Assembly (NCBI GenBank): GCA_033442325.1 | Contig: JAWQFM010000009.1 | Span: forward strand, 1,405,672 to 1,469,671 | Length of the DNA stretch: 64,000 bases | Origin: Salpingoeca rosetta | Taxonomy: Eukaryota; Protista; Choanoflagellata | Reading direction: 5' to 3' | In this document: positions 32,642-53,066 of the stretch, one piece after another | Layout of the letters: every line of letters starts with the position of its first letter | How positions within the stretch are numbered: the stretch's first letter is position 1 | Notes under the pieces: model-generated | What the model saw: only the letters and a program-made list of their open reading frames with translations | The model's database searches: none | What the model was told of the DNA's origin: nothing | Made by a program: the position numbers and the translations under genes

Positions 32642-33781
32642 GGTGTGGGTGTGAATGCAGCGAGGAATCAGAAGCAACACACACGAACGCGGCAAGGGAT
32701 TGATCTTAGGATCTTCGCTTCCATACAGCAAACAATGACACACTTTTACAAACATTCAATGCTTCATCGTCTTTGCTGCCACGGCCGTTATCCCCCACCC
32801 CACCTCCCGGCCATCGTCTTTACCCTGTTTGTGTGCAGGTTCTTCTTCACAGTGGCTGGTATCATTGCTGGCTTTGCCACGGTGGTGTACTCCTTCTCCA
32901 AGCGGCGAACGCTGCTGCTCTTTGCCATCTTCACCAGCTGCGTTGCCCTCTTCTCCTGCGGCGGTCCACTCGATGCATCTGGCCGCTTCCTTTACCTCTG
33001 TAACCAAGAAGACGACGCCGGCAAAACGTACGCACAACGCTGCACTGAAGAGGAGGGGGGCAAGGGCAAGGCGGTGAATAGCGGGATGAAGGAACGTGGC
33101 GGGGATGAACACATAGCGAAAGAAAGTGGCCTGTGGAAGGGGTAATGCATGCTTTCAGGCATGATTGTTGTCGCACCCATGTCCCTAAAGTACTCACCAT
33201 TCAGCCATCCATTCCAGCATTCCATTTCTGTGTTGTCTCACTCCTCATCCCACATCCATGCCTCTCTCTGCCTCTGCTTCACCCTGATCACCCTGAACAC
33301 CGTGCCATCCATCATCATCTATACAGGCGCCAGGGCCCAGGCTGCCAAGAGCAAACCTACGACAACTACGTCCTCATGTTCTTGGGATGCCTCATCTTCG
33401 CCCTGTGCCAGGTACGTGCGGGCCTTCGTGCTTGACTATGATGTCTGCGGTGTGGAACTACTAGGAAAAGTTGGATTCGTGAATCTGTTTGCACAACACA
33501 CAGCCACTCTGCACATGTCTCCCGCTTGCAGTCTGTCTCATGGTCTCATGGGTCTCATGTTGTTCGTCTGTTCTGTTGTCGGCCACTTGCCCTGGCGACA
33601 CGTTGCCTTGCTCCCACTACCGTTCGGGCTTTCGTCTGCGCCCCTGTGTCGTCCCTTCTTTCCCTATTTCTCGTCCCTTCTTTCCCAGACGATGGCCGTC
33701 TGCTTTGCCGCTGCTGCCGCGCGGGACACCCGCTTCTCCTTCCACGGCCGATCCGGCTACTCGGAGAACCTTCTCTTCTGA
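32140..33781 (+). CDS. Small four-transmembrane protein of unknown function, 5 exons
   Basis: Spliced MACKHWLDYFLVVVSAFSL|AAWATFVIGFG...|FFFTVAGIIAGFATVVYSFSKRRTLLLFAIFTSCVALFSCGG...C...C...YVLMFLGCLIFALCQ|TMAVCF...GYSENLLF*. Four hydrophobic segments and consistent GT-AG phases. Confidence 0.7.
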
Positions 33782-34245
33782 GCTTCGAGTTGCGACGAGC
33801 GACTGAGAAAAAGAAAGGAGGAACCCTTTCTGTGGAAAGTGTGGAGACTGTTCTGAGTTCTGACCCTTGCGACAGACTGACGCCTTGTTGCCTGTTGCTT
33901 GTGCAAAGTTGCAACGTCGTGTGCTTCTTCTCTGCTGTGTTCTTGAACGAACTATGTTCTTATGTTCCTTTGTTGTGTGTCTGTCCTTCTGTCATTTTTT
34001 TTATGCGTTCCCTTGCGCGCGTGGCGTGCTTGCTGACCGACTGACCTTGGATGGAAGGGACCGTTTGTCTGCGGAGGTGGGGTGGAAGTAGGGAAGAGGG
34101 GAAGTCATCACTTCAGTGTGCTCGTGTGCGTGTGGCAGTGGAGTGGAAGGAACAAGGCTGTCGGGTGACTTGACTGCCATTTGCTGCTTGTCGTGCTGAA
34201 TCTTAATGAAGATTTTTCGTGAATCCTCTACAACTTCTGCCAAGG

Positions 34246-34899
34246 ATGACTGTGATGACGAGGAGTTTGTTGGTGGGGGTGGTGCTATGTGCTGTGTGCG
34301 TTGTCGCTAACGGAGGCGAGGCTGCCCCTGCTGTGAGGAGCATACACGAACTGCATGCGCGAGATATCGGTGGGAAGGATGTGGCCTTGTCCAAGTATGC
34401 CGGCCGGGTCCTTCTCATTGCCAACGTGGCATCCGAGTGTGGGGTACGTACGTGTGTGTGTATGTGTGTGTGTGTGTGTGTGTATGTCTGTGTGTGTGTG
34501 TGCGTGTGCGTGTGTGTGTGTGTGTGCGTGTGCGTGTGCGTGTGTGCGTGTGTGCGTGTGCGTGTGCGTGTGTGTCTGTGCGTGTGTGTGTGTGTGTGTG
34601 TGTGTGCGTGTGCGTGTGTGTCTGTGTGTGTGCGTGTGTGTCTGTGTGTGTCTGTGTGTCTGTGTGTGTGCGTGTACCTGAATGCATACGCGCAAGTGGG
34701 CGCAAACGTGTGCGAGTGCAAACCCACCAATCAGGCGATTTGAACCCACCCTGCTGCCTACTTCCCATTTATTTGCGCACAGTACACGGACAGCGGCTAT
34801 GATGACTTGAATGCACTGCACGAGCGGTTCCATGCCAGTGGACTGCAGATTCTTGCTTTTCCTTGCAACCAGGTACACAGCACTACTCTGCGTGTGTGT

Positions 34900-34955
<56 letters not shown>

Positions 34956-35282
34956 GTGTGTGTGTGTGTGTGTGCGTGTGCCCTGTTTGATGCTGTGTCC
35001 ATACTGGCGCTGTGTAGGCTGCTTGATTCATGACACACGTGCAGTTGGATGTGCGCTCGTGCACCTTGTTGCTCATCGTCGTGCTCATCCTGATCTGTGC
35101 CTGACAGTTTGGGGCGCAGGAGCCAGGAACGAACACCCAAGTGCTGCGCTTCGCACACAAGAAGGGCGCCAAGTTCCAACTCATGGACAAAATCAGTACG
35201 TTAGCTGCGCCCCTTACCTTGCTCATCATCATGCAGCTGTCTCAAATCTGAAGCTACCTTGGCTCCCCTCACCACCTTTGTT

Positions 35283-35380
<98 letters not shown>

Positions 35381-35857
35381 ATTTCTCTTCACCCGTGTGT
35401 TAGATGTGAATCCCCCGGACCAGCACCCCGTGTATGCCTACCTCACAGCACAGGGCCGTGATCAAGGCCCCGTTCAATGGAACTTTGGTGCGCCCAGCTG
35501 CTCCTTGTTTTGCGTCCTGCTTGTACCACGACCGCTCAACTCCTGCACCCGCACCCGCTCATGCAATCCCATAAGTTGTACACATTTGCTCACGCTTCTT
35601 CTGCTTGGCTGCTGTTGTTGTTTGTTGTTTGTTGTTTGTTGTTTGTTGTTGCTGTTGTTGTTGATGATGGTGATGGCACGTTTACTTGTGTTAGAGTACT
35701 TCTTGGTGGATGCTGAGGGTCACGTTATCCGCAGATACAGAACAGGTTTGCACAGCAAAACAACCACAGGCGTGCATGCGCGCTGCAACCTCGTATATGC
35801 AGTCCGTCTCTCCACCCCCGTACTGCTTCCATAACTTGACCCTCATTCACACACACA

Positions 35858-35911
<54 letters not shown>

Positions 35912-36183
35912 CACACACAATACATACGCACACGCACAATACATACGCACGCACGCACACACACACACACATACACAATACACTCACAACACATACGCAC
36001 ACGCATACACACACATGCCATGCTGCAGGGACTCCGCTGACGTCGGAACGGGCGGTTGAGCAGATTGCGGCGGCGCTGGAGGATGCGCGCGTGTACAGAG
36101 CAGAGCGGCGGAAGCAGCAGGAGCAGCGCCTGCAGCACAAGTGGCGGCGGCCAGGCGACACGGGCCACCACCAGGAACTCTGA
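34246..36183 (+). CDS. Cys-type glutathione peroxidase with signal peptide and ER-retrieval-like HQEL (GPx7-like), 6 exons
   Basis: [11 protein letters not shown]|[10 protein letters not shown]|FGAQEPG, PVQWNF|EYFLVD; peroxidatic codon is TGT; C-terminus HHQEL*. Confidence 0.93.
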
Positions 36184-36509
36184 CCACCAACGAACAACGA
36201 GCCAACACGGACGGAGGTGCAGTACGCACGGACAAATAAAACCACAAACACGAAATTGTTGGAATTGGTTGTGTTGATGGAATTGGTTGTGTCGAAGATG
36301 GAAGGCTGGGGGGTGCAATGCCATCTGACAACGGTGCATGCACACCCACGCACGGGTGGACGGGGTCGATTGGCCGATAGCATGCAGCCTGCTACTCCAG
36401 TAGCGTCTAGCACAGGATGAAAAGGCGCAGCAGCGTGTAGCACAGGCTAGTGAGCCATGGTGACAGCTCAACATGAGCAAATGGCAATAACGCACACCAG
36501 CACTGCAGT

Positions 36510-36882
36510 TCATACACACAGCCACGCACAGAGCCATAGCGTGCGCACCTTGACGAGCTTGAGGCACTTCTGGTACTCCGTGCGGAGCTGCGTCTTGACC
36601 TGCTCATCCTGCAGAACAGCGGCCAAACGACTTAATGAGAGGACGGGGGAAAACGAACGCGCTGCATCACGAGTGTTGTTCATGCAACGCAATTCTCCAA
36701 CAGAAACAGCGACAACGTCAGCGAACCTGTTTCAAACTCACCGTTTCCTCGTCTTCCTCAGCCTCCTTCTGCTGTTGCGGCTGCTGCTGCTGCTGCTGAT
36801 GGTGGTGGTGGTGATAGGGCCGGCCTGGGTGGCGGGACCCGCGCTGGCGCTGATGCAACGAGACAGCACAAATCATGTATGT

Positions 36883-36933
<51 letters not shown>

Positions 36934-38844
36934 GCTGAACCAACAGACTGGACCCAACAAACGAAGCAATGGCGATTACGTGCCAAGCAAAGGAGCAATG
37001 TACGCACTGACAAATTATTGCATCCCAAACATCAAGACAGCCACCACCACCACCACCACACCACCACTGCTACCAACATCACCAACCACTACCACCCTGC
37101 GGGCGCTCACGTCGTAGGGCGACTGCTGTGGGGCAGTGTCTTGCTTGAAGCCTGTCTCCGCCATCATGCCCTGCAGCTGCTCCAGGCGCTGCCCAAGCTC
37201 CTCCAGTGTAAGCCCCGTCAGCCCGTCGTCGTCGTCAAACATGTCCTTCCACCCCTGGTCCTTGCGCTGCGGCTCCAGCGGCACAGACGGCGGCGTGTCC
37301 TTTGGCTTCTGTGCCTCAACCTTCAGCTTGGCAAACAGCGCGCCGAGATTCAGACCACCACCGCCACCGCCAACACCGCCACCGCCGCCAAAGGGCTGGG
37401 CTTTTGGCTTGGGGATAAGGCGTGCACGCATGCCGCGCAGGCGCATCTGCAGCGCACGGAACACCGTGTCCTGTTGACACGAGGTGGGAGCAGGTGGTCG
37501 ACGGAGGTGATGAGGGACAAGCATTGGCAGAAGCGAAAACAAAAGGTGTGAGCAATCAGTCGCAAGACGTCACCATCATGCGGGGGGGGGGATACAATTT
37601 GGTTCAGCTGGTAGCAGTACTCACGTGCTTTGTCTGGGCCTCGTGGCCCGTGTACTTCTTCTGGTAGGCGCGATGGGCGTTCTCAAACCGCTCGCGGGCG
37701 CACACCGCAGTCTGTAAAGGTGAGGTGACGGATACACGTGGGGATGGGTGCGGGGCGATGGTTGCAGAGAGGGGTGTGAAGACAATACGCAATAAAACGG
37801 TGAGTGTCAGCCATGAACGAGTCGGATGATTAATGCATGTGTGAGAGAGAGAGATAGAAAAGTGTACAAGAGACACACGAGAACACGGAAGTGAGAAATG
37901 TGACCACGAGGATTCGGGCGGTGGTGTGAGGTGCGCACCGCAAAGTAGTCGCGGGTCTGGCGAATACTGTCGTTCGTGTGGCGCTCAAGATGGTTGTACG
38001 GCCGCCTGGACAGCAAGAAGCGCAACACCGTCCAGGAGATGGTCAGGAGGCAGGGGTGAAGGGGTCAGGAATAAAGCCGGGGGGGGGGGCTCAGGGGGAT
38101 CGCAACTGGAGCAGACACCTGCATTTCTCGTGCACACGTACGTAGACAGGCTGGCAGTCTGGCAAAGGAACACACCAACACGCGCGCACACACACACGTA
38201 CAGATGGTGCAACTCACTGGACATAAGTGGCGTTTGGAAACGTCGACTGGATGAATCCTGCACGCATGGGGCCGTAAATGTGGTCGTAGTCGCGCTCCTT
38301 GTCAAACAGTGTGGTGCGCATCTTCTCGGCAAACAGCTGAGACCTGTCAGCATATGGTCACGGTTGTGAGAAGGAAGTGAGGCCGCGCAAAGGTAAACAG
38401 CAGCACTCATTCCTCCACCAGGTACAAGGAGGAGGAGTGTGCGTGTGTGAGTGTGTGCGTGTGAGTGTGAGTGTGCGTGTGCGTGTGAGTGTGAGTGTGA
38501 GTGTGAGTGTGAGTGTGAGTGTGAGTGTGAGTGTGCGTGTGAGCGTGAGTGTGAGTGTGAGTGTGACTGACGCCTTGTAGGCTGCGATGACGCGGTCCAG
38601 GTGCTGCTCCATGGGCCGCCACGATGGCTCATGCCGCGTCGGCAGCGACACGCGCACAGACTAGCACCGCGCACGATGATGTGAAGGATGTAAGCGACTT
38701 GACAGCAGAAGCGCAGGACAACACGGCAATCTGAACGCATAGAGCTACGAGACGAAACACACACACACACACACGCAGACACACACACAGATACAGATAC
38801 ACATGACACACGCGCATACAACATACGCCACACACACACACACA

Positions 38845-38893
<49 letters not shown>

Positions 38894-39317
38894 CCATGGG
38901 CACCTGCTGTGGGCGCGCATCTTCTGCTCGCTCGAGGAGGAGCTTGGAGTTTGCGTAGCGCTTGGACAGGATGCGCAGCTTCATCGCACACAGCTGGCAT
39001 GGAGTGTAGGGTACGCAGGCAACAAGCGGAGGTGATAAGGATGATGAGTGCACACACACGCACACTTGGGCAAACATACACACGCACGCCCTGTGCTGCT
39101 GACACGAGCATGCGTTACACGTGTGAGGCGCTGCACCTCAAATTGCTTGATGAGGGCATCGTCGTCGTCGCCATCGTCGTTATCTTCTCCCTCACCGCCG
39201 CTCTATCGCATTCGCGCACACGCAAGGCACAGGTGGCAGTCGTTGCAGTCGTGACAGCAGCAGTGAGAACTTGAGCTTCGTTGAAACATGCCCGTGACAC
39301 CACTCCAAGAGCAGCGA

Positions 39318-39394
<77 letters not shown>

Positions 39395-40851
39395 GTGGGG
39401 AGGCAAGTTCGCAGCCAAACTGCTGCATGCGCGTGACGTCTGTGCGGTGGCGGGTGCAGTCCTCAAAGGCCGGGTTGCGCGGCAGCCACACACTAATAAA
39501 TAGCGGCGTGATGGAAAGGAAGGTAGAGGGCAACGGAAAGTGGTGAGGTTGTGTGTTGAAGGCGAAGGCGAAGGCGAAGGCGAAGGCTCATTCGCTGACA
39601 CCGACACACAACACAACACGACACACACACACATGCAAGCACACACACACACACACACACACGCACACACAACACAACACGACACACACGCATACACAGC
39701 GCACACACAATCCATGCACATACGCATGCATACACGCACGTGTCGAGGTATGGCGGGAGCTGCCTTGCCGGGTCGAAGCGGGTCCACACGTTCCGCTGCA
39801 CGTGTGTGAAGAACAGCAGCGTGCGATCACAGCCGAGCGCCTCCACGGCCGTGTACGCGTGCGGCCCAAAGCGCGCGTGCATCGTCGCCGCCAGCTCCAC
39901 CGCCACGTCCTGCGCCACGCTGCTGCCGACAGGTGTGCCCACGCCGCCGTACTCGGGCTGGTGCGGTCCATATCCGCCTCGAGCACACGCGCCCTCCGCA
40001 ATCCACCCGTCACCAACAACTGCACCAGCGGCGCTGCTGCTCGGGGCGGCGGCGATCCTGGTGTTGCCGTTGTTGGAGCTGGTGGTGGTTGTGCCGTTCG
40101 GGGGTGACTGGCCAGTAGCAGTTGCGTTGGTGGTGCCGTCGGGGCTGCCGTCCGCTGCTGGTGCACGGGAAGACACAACCACAGTGCTGCTGTCGGTGTG
40201 CGTTGCTGTGATGGTCGATGACGACGACACGTTGCTGCCGCCCGTGATGGTGCTGATGCTGGCGTCGTTGCGGGGCCGCCCAAGCGCCGCAACGTCCTGC
40301 GGTCTCAGCGTGTCGTTTCGGCTGCGGCGGCGACGGCGGCGATGGCCGTGATCCCCGCGCTGCTGATCCTGGTGGCAATGGTGACGCCGGCGCACACGCC
40401 GGTGGCGCTGCTGCTGGTGGCGCTGGGATTGCTTGCTGGCGTCGTGCTGGCGTGGACGGCTGCGGTCGCAGCGCTGCCGCCGCCGCTGCACCGCTGCACC
40501 GGACGACGACGACGACGATGGCGATGGCGATGGCGACACCGCCGATGCGATGACGGTCGAGGCCGATGATGTCGAGGTGTTGCGCTGCGGGCGCGTGGCG
40601 GCGGGACCATGTTCGTGGCGACAATGGCGGCGCTGCTTGCGGCGGTGGCGCGATGCTGGGGACGGCAGGAGGTTGTTGCCGACAATGACGGCGCGAAGGA
40701 GGCGGGCGAGCGTCGAGCAGTCCTTTGGCGACAGCCGGTGCAGCAGCGCCGTCACGCACAGCACCAGATCCAGGCTCGTGCCTTTCTTTCGCTCCGCAAC
40801 CTGTGGTTCGGGAAGGAAGTGTGTGAGCGAAAGTGTGTGTGTGATTGTGAG

Positions 40852-40890
<39 letters not shown>

Positions 40891-41139
40891 TTGTGCGTGT
40901 GATTGTGTGTGTGTGGTTGTGTGTGATTGTGAACGTGTGCAAGAACAGGTTTGCACTTGCACCAGCGTACAAGCGTCACTGATGTGGGCACAAAGGTACA
41001 TGCATGCGTGCGCTGCTGACACGTGTATTCGCACCAGTTCGACGCCTTCACAGACGCTCTTGAGGTAGTTGCGGATGTACGTAATTTCCAGCTCCTTTGG
41101 CGGAAAGCTCACACCCTGTCACGCACATGCCAGAGCCAC

Positions 41140-41189
<50 letters not shown>

Positions 41190-42067
41190 TACACACAAAG
41201 CGGAGGGGAGGGGGAAGGGGAGAAACCAGACAAATAAACAGGCAAACAGTGCACACAACGTCATGAGGGAGAGGGCGTTCTGCGAACAAGGAAAGACGGA
41301 AAGACATGTGCACATGCGTGTGCATATGCGCGTGTGTCGACAGCTGGAGACGGACAGCGTCAAGCTCAGTAGTTACCGGCAGGCTGGCCCAGGCCAGAAG
41401 CACGCAAGCGTTGCGGGTTGGCTGGTCCCGGTTGCTGAAGAAGCTCGATGCGTGCATGTTCCAAATGGCCTATCGACACACAAAACAAGCGGGTCATGGG
41501 TACGTGAGACCGGAAGGTTTGTCGACACGCCCCTGTGTCCTGCTGCGCTTGCGAACGTGTGCGGAACAACACACATATACACACGCCAAAGTAGCGACAC
41601 AAGCATACACACACGCACCCACACCCCGGCACACAGGCAAGCACTTGCGACCTTGGTTGTGATGGAGTTGCGAGGGAGGATCGACAGGAGGTGCTTGTAA
41701 GGATGGCCCTGATGCGCGAGCGTAAACACGTGTTCGAGAAGAACGCTGTTGAAGGCAGAGGTGTTCATGAGGGCCTCCAAACACGGCTGGGCTGCGCGCC
41801 GCAAGGCTCTGTCGAAGGGGCTGGTGGCGGCATTGAGGACGAAGGCGCGCACTTTGCTCAGCTGCGGGTTGCTCCTGAGATCTCGCGGGCGAAGGTGCAA
41901 CAGCTGGGAGAAGAACCCCTTCACAAGACCCAAGTGCTGCGGCTTGATTGTGTGCAGTGCATGCGCGCTGTCGAACCAATCGGATCGACAAAACACAACA
42001 ACAGCGGAGCATTGACGATGTGAGACGACGCATGCCTCACAACACAGCATCGACAACTGCCAACACC

Positions 42068-42134
<67 letters not shown>

Positions 42135-42274
42135 ACCACCACCACCACCACCGCCACCAACATTGAGGTGACGTACTTGAACTGGCACTCTGCCTCCAGC
42201 TTCTCCAGGTCGCTGACAGCAGCAAGCACGCGCCGCAGCTGCTCCTTCCGCTCTTGCTGCGGCGTCGGCGGCAT
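36510..42274 (-). CDS. Large multi-exon hypothetical protein (ends uncertain; could be two genes)
   Basis: Many non-repetitive coding blocks with GT-AG flanks, e.g. [17 protein letters not shown]..., [15 protein letters not shown]..., [14 protein letters not shown]..., [19 protein letters not shown]..., [11 protein letters not shown]..., [20 protein letters not shown]. No family recognised. Confidence 0.6.
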
Positions 42275-42502
42275 GTCTTCCTCGTTCTCTGTTGTCGTCT
42301 TGTTTCCTTTCCTTCTTCTTGGTCCGTCGTTGTCCTCTTGTTCTTTGGCTAGAAATTTATGGACTGCACCGCGAGCCTTCACAATCACGTGTACGCGAAG
42401 CAGAAAGGCGAAAGCAGACAGACAACGTGCGTTTGCGTGAGAGCTGTTGCGTGAGCTGTTGTGTGAGCTGTTGTGACGATCTTCTGCGTTGGACAAAGCA
42501 GG

Positions 42503-47152
<4,650 letters not shown>

Positions 47153-47610
47153 ACCACGCATGTGCGCACGTGTACGCGTTGTCGCTTGACTGGGCACTGT
47201 GGTCCCTCGCTGTTGTTTCTTGTCGTTGTCATCGTTTCTTGTCGTCGTCGTTGTTGTCACTTTGGTGATCGCTACCCCACCTGCGCACCACTCGTGTGCA
47301 TTTTTTTTGCTTCCGTTGGTGTGTTGTGTATTGGTCGTTCACGTCACCTTAAACCCTCAGCTAAATGTGAAACACAAGCGCCCCAGGCGATCAATGCCAA
47401 TCACCACTGAAGTGAACAATCGCCACAGCCTGCACAGCTGCACCACCCCATGTTCAATGTGCAGCCATCATCAACCATCAATCTGTCATGTCGCTGTCAC
47501 TTCACCGACCTTAGCCCCATCACCAACCAACCAACCAACCAACCAACCAACCAACCAACCACCAACACCACCATCACCACCATCACCACCATCAACGCCG
47601 CTTGCGCCCA

Positions 47611-50443
<2,833 letters not shown>

Positions 50444-50771
50444 TGCCGTCGTCGTTGTTGCCACAAAAAGTCGTTTGACGTGTCAGTGTCTCAACCAACC
50501 CTCAATCACGCCACCAGCAGTTTCGTGCTCAGGCATGGCACAACGCATGTCACAATGGTCAACGCGGGGTGTTCAGTGTTCACTTCACGTTGTAGTCGTG
50601 CTTCCATTGTGAAGGAGCAAGTGGCATTACAGTTAACGACAGAGCAAGATGGCAAATAACGCATGCATGGAATACAGAATGTCAGCAACACATCATGTGC
50701 AAGGCTGCTGCGCCCACCAGCACCTGCACTTCAACACAATCATCGGGTCACCATCGACTCCTTTGAAGCTC

Positions 50772-50955
<184 letters not shown>

Positions 50956-51008
50956 GATTGTCTGCAACCTCCCCCTCCCCCTCCTTCCTCCCCATTCAGT
51001 CCCCCATT

Positions 51009-52877
51009 TCACGGCAGTGTCGGCTTGTACTCGAGCACAAAGCCAGACGTCTCTGCCATCGGCGAATTCCCAGTGCGAAACAGGTCCTTGGCCTGCCCAA
51101 TCACCACGGCCTGCCCACGCCGGTTGGGGTTGGTAGCTTCACCACCATTGTCACCGCCACCATTGCTGCCGCCGCCGCTGCTGCCCTGGAGGATGTACAC
51201 ACCGCGGGGCTCGTCCATGTCCATCGTGCCAAACTGGTGCAAGTACTGCAGCACCCCACTGTCAGCATCTGCCACGAGGAAGAAGCCGTCCTTCCCGCCC
51301 CTGTTTGTCTGCTCGGGCAGTGCATTGTCCGCTGTTCCCACCACCGCCACCACGGTACGCCCGCCAGGGTGTCTGCCTGTGGCGATGGCCTCGGGCTTGT
51401 CGTTGCCCATTGCGCCAACCTGCCGCGCCCACTGCACCCGCCCAAGGGAAGTCACGTCCAGACACGCCACAAATACATCCTCGGCGTCCAGCACGCTGCT
51501 GTTCCAGTTGGGCGCCAGCGGCGACTTTGTGGTGCCTGTGAAGTAGAGCAGATCTTCGTCTGGACCAAGCGCAAGCGCAGCCGGCTTGTCATCTTCCATT
51601 CCACCAAACGCCTGCTCCCACGCGATGCTGCCCGTGCGCGTGTCAACCGCCAGCACAGACATGTCCTTCTTGTCCACGCTGCTCACGCGGCCCTTGATGC
51701 TGGTCATCCACTCCACGCCCACAAACACGGTGCTGCCATCGCTGAGGGCGGCGATGGCCTTGGCCTCCTCGTCCTCGTCCCCAGTACCATATGTGCGGCC
51801 CCACAGCGCGCGCCCGCTGCTCGCGTCAATAGCGGCCAGCAGCATGTCTTTCTTCAAGCCCTTGTCGTCCACCAATGTCTCGAACGCGTTGCCCTTGATG
51901 CCTCCGGTGACATAGACACGGTTCCCGCCGTCAGGGCCGGGAGCAGTGGCGATGGCCTTGGCCTTTCCGGGGAACTGATACCCCCACAAGAACCCGCCGT
52001 CGTCTGCATCAAGGGCGACGAGGAAGAATTCCTCCTTGGCTGTGCCGTTGGGGCGGGGGAACAGGTCGCCGCCGGGCTTGCCAGCGGCAAAGACGCGGCG
52101 CGTCGCACCGTCGACCGCAATCATCTCGCCGTCATCGTTCTTCGCGGTGCTGAACTGCTTGGCCCACTTGATCCGGCGTTCTTGTCGGTCCAGGCACGCC
52201 ACGAACGCCTCCTTGTCTCCGAGAAGGGTGGCATATGGGTCGAGCCGGCCTGGGCTCTTGCCAACCACGTAGACATAGCGCTCATCGTTTGGATCTGCAG
52301 CAAGCCCGCGAAGCTCGTCCTTGCTATCTGTTCCGAACAGCCAGTTGGAGTCTGCTTGGTAGTTGGCTCGATACACAGGTTGCTTCTTGGTCGTGGTGCT
52401 TGTAGTGGAAGTCGTGGTGGTGCTTGTACTGGTTGTCGTGGTCGTCGTGGTGGTGCTCGTCGTAGTGGTGGTTGTAGTGGTGGTTGTCGTGCTTGTAGTG
52501 GTCGTGCTTGTAGTAGTGCTTGTTGTCGTAGTCGTCGTGGTGGTGGTGGTCGTGCTTGTTGTGGTTGGCGTCTGCATCTGCATGGGGGGTGTAGTTGCAG
52601 TGGGTTGCTCGGGTGGCGGTGGTGGGGCCGGCACAACACCGTCAAACGCTCGCTCCAACGTAGCCACGCGGGCACGAAGGAGCTCCACATCGATGCCATT
52701 GACAAACACACGGGCACCTGTTGCGGATGTTTGCAAGTGCAAATGACCTTCGTCGTCTTGCACGAAGATCACATCCCCGGGTTCACCGGCACTTTCGCCC
52801 AACGCAACACCACCAAGCTTGGCCACGCTCAATAGCCCACCCACCAGCACGAGCACGGTTGCCTTGATCGCCGTCAT
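51009..52877 (-). CDS. Intronless secreted protein: N-terminal module, Pro/Thr mucin-like stalk and SBBP-type beta-propeller
   Basis: Hydrophobic leader VLVLVGGLLSVA, poly-Thr tract, and about 50-aa repeats of form W-x-x-Q-[FV]-G...D...[IL]A...[VL]Y[VF]TG...D[VM]FVA-x-LD, typical of SBBP repeats. An in-frame ATG at 52904 is an alternative start. Confidence 0.85.
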   Translation of the reverse strand: MTAIKATVLVLVGGLLSVAKLGGVALGESAGEPGDVIFVQDDEGHLHLQTSATGARVFVNGIDVELLRARVATLERAFDGVVPAPPPPPEQPTATTPPMQMQTPTTTSTTTTTTTTTTTSTTTSTTTTSTTTTTTTTTTTSTTTTTTTTSTSTTTTSTTSTTTKKQPVYRANYQADSNWLFGTDSKDELRGLAADPNDERYVYVVGKSPGRLDPYATLLGDKEAFVACLDRQERRIKWAKQFSTAKNDDGEMIAVDGATRRVFAAGKPGGDLFPRPNGTAKEEFFLVALDADDGGFLWGYQFPGKAKAIATAPGPDGGNRVYVTGGIKGNAFETLVDDKGLKKDMLLAAIDASSGRALWGRTYGTGDEDEEAKAIAALSDGSTVFVGVEWMTSIKGRVSSVDKKDMSVLAVDTRTGSIAWEQAFGGMEDDKPAALALGPDEDLLYFTGTTKSPLAPNWNSSVLDAEDVFVACLDVTSLGRVQWARQVGAMGNDKPEAIATGRHPGGRTVVAVVGTADNALPEQTNRGGKDGFFLVADADSGVLQYLHQFGTMDMDEPRGVYILQGSSGGGSNGGGDNGGEATNPNRRGQAVVIGQAKDLFRTGNSPMAETSGFVLEYKPTLP

Positions 52878-53066
52878 GGTCACAGCTCCAAACACGGCAG
52901 ACATCCACACAATACACACCACAACACACCACAGCGCGCAGGCGATCTTGTTTGTTTGTTTGTGTTCGTGGCAAAGCTTCTTGAGTTGTGGCAGTTGTGG
53001 AGGATTTGTGAATGATTCCCTCCAATTTTCTGTATTGTGCGGAAGCTGATGACAAAACACAACAAC

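Noticed and set aside
34420-34443. Selenocysteine glutathione peroxidase
   Set aside because: The active-site codon is TGT (Cys), not TGA.
50958-52835. 625-aa plus-strand ORF
   Set aside because: Antisense shadow of the GC-rich SBBP gene, with no recognisable motifs.
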